DNA of 64,000 bases. Source: an uncultured Gemmatimonadales bacterium. Its GTDB lineage: Bacteria > Gemmatimonadota > Gemmatimonadetes > Gemmatimonadales > GWC2-71-9. The DNA lies in assembly GCA_963771275.1 (NCBI GenBank), contig CAVYSW010000003.1, positions 608,001 through 672,000 of the forward strand, written 5' to 3'. A program made the translations under genes and the position numbers. Of this stretch, positions 62,940 to 64,000 are shown piece after piece (position 1 is the stretch's first letter; each line of letters starts with the position of its first letter). Below the pieces are notes generated by a model. It had not been told where the DNA came from. It did not search any database and saw nothing but the letters and a program-made list of their open reading frames with translations.

Positions 62940-63266
62940 ATGACCCATCTTCCCCGGCACCACATGGCGTGGCGGATGCTCCGTCACGCCGCCCCGCTGT
63001 TCCCGCTCATGCTCGCGTTCCTGGGACTCGGCGTCGCGATCTACCGGTTCGCCGACCACCGCACGTGGGCGGACGCGTTCCTCAACGCCGCCATGCTGAT
63101 GGGCGGCATGGGTCCGGTGGGCGACATGCACTCCACCGGGGCCAAGTACCTCGCGGGGATCTACGCGCTGCTCGCCGGCATCGTGTTCCTGGTCATGGCC
63201 GGCGTCATGCTCGCCCCGGTGATTCACGAGGGGCTGCGGCTGTTTCACTTGGAGAAGGAGCGGTGA
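62940..63266 (+). CDS. Small 2-TM membrane protein (pore-loop-like)
   Basis: TM helix, DAFLNAAMLMGGMGP, second TM helix. Confidence 0.7.
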   Translation: MTHLPRHHMAWRMLRHAAPLFPLMLAFLGLGVAIYRFADHRTWADAFLNAAMLMGGMGPVGDMHSTGAKYLAGIYALLAGIVFLVMAGVMLAPVIHEGLRLFHLEKER

Positions 63267-63781
63267 GCGCCGCGGGGGCAGTCGCGGTGGCTGAGAGGAT
63301 GGCAGACGCGTGGAACGCGCGGGACCTGCCGAGCTTCTTCAGCCTGGTCACCGAGGACGTCTGGTGGGATGACCCCGCCATGCCCGCGCCGGCTGCGGGG
63401 GCCGCTGCCGTACGCCGGTTCGCCGAGGCGGTGCTGCGCGCGTTCCCCGATTTTCACTACGCGATCCGCCCGCCGATCTGCGTGGCGCCCGACGGCAGCC
63501 GCTGCGCCGTGCCGTGGCGCATCTCCGGAACGCACGTCGCGCCGCTCGATCCGCCAGGCTATGCTCCGACCAACCGGCGCGCGGAGTTCGACGGCGTAGA
63601 TGTACTCGAGTTTCGCGGCGAAAAGGTCTGCCGCATCATGACGCTGTTCAACCCGCTCGAACCCGCCGGTCAACTCCTCGGCCTCACCCTCCGACCCCGG
63701 CCGGATTCCTTGCAGGAGCGGCTCGTCGTCGGACTGCAGCGGCTCCTTGCAGCATGGACAAGAGCCGCTCGTGCAGGGTAG
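63263..63781 (+). CDS. SnoaL/NTF2-like ester cyclase family protein
   Basis: AWNARD, RAFPDF, WRISGTH and GVDVLEFRGEKV; GTG overlaps the upstream stop. Confidence 0.82.
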   Translation: MSAAGAVAVAERMADAWNARDLPSFFSLVTEDVWWDDPAMPAPAAGAAAVRRFAEAVLRAFPDFHYAIRPPICVAPDGSRCAVPWRISGTHVAPLDPPGYAPTNRRAEFDGVDVLEFRGEKVCRIMTLFNPLEPAGQLLGLTLRPRPDSLQERLVVGLQRLLAAWTRAARAG

Positions 63782-63853
63782 ATGGCGAGTGAACTCGCGG
63801 CTGGGGTAGAGCTGCCCGTCGCCGGCTTCCGCGGCGCGAGCTGCGATGCCCCG

Positions 63854-64000
63854 CTACCCGTACCGGACGCCAGGATAGAGCAGATTGACGAAGAACAGAA
63901 AGATGGGATTGAAGATCACGTCGAACACGCGCCACGCGACCAGGATCCCGATCCACACCAGCGCCGGCTGGCCCCAGAGGAACTGCTGGTAGCGCGCGGT
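63854..64000 (-). CDS. C-terminus of a membrane protein, possibly a site-2 protease (partial)
   Basis: ...TARYQQFLWGQPALVWIGILVAWRVFDVIFNPIFLFFVNLLYPGVRYG*; runs off the window. Confidence 0.5.
   Translation of the reverse strand, partial: TARYQQFLWGQPALVWIGILVAWRVFDVIFNPIFLFFVNLLYPGVRYG

Overview
A GC-rich bacterial window. The gene repertoire (signal-peptide-rich hydrolases, PEGA/TPR Ser/Thr kinase, paired M16 peptidases) suggests Gemmatimonadota, but this is inference only. Family assignments below come from motif recognition; no database search was run. Ordinary genes include thrC-thrB, a dipeptidase, an amidase, a TetR-TolC-MFP-RND efflux operon, CcdA/TlpA, an M16 pair, a CocE/NonD hydrolase, MtgA, a penicillin acylase, PBP1B and a macro-domain protein. 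The best candidate for an undescribed system is an island of visibly lower GC at ~38.6-41.7 kb, bracketed by a duplicated 3' end of the CocE gene. It encodes a stand-alone AraC regulator, two paralogous secreted 4-Cys peptides whose mature forms begin with Asp-Gly-Gly and end, or nearly end, with it, a 6-bladed beta-propeller lipoprotein and a membrane-anchored CxxC thioredoxin. Other notable loci are an exported peroxiredoxin with an in-frame UGA at the catalytic position plus a SECIS-like hairpin (a selenoprotein split by the ORF caller), a Cyc2-like cytochrome-porin, a 4-hydroxybenzoyl-CoA-reductase-like Mo enzyme with Gln at the usual catalytic Glu, a HypD-type glycyl radical enzyme, and a decayed defence spot (GHKL ATPase, PIN/DUF433 toxin-antitoxin pair, truncated HsdR). 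Several short intergenic repeat families also occur. No rRNA, intact tRNA or CRISPR array was seen.
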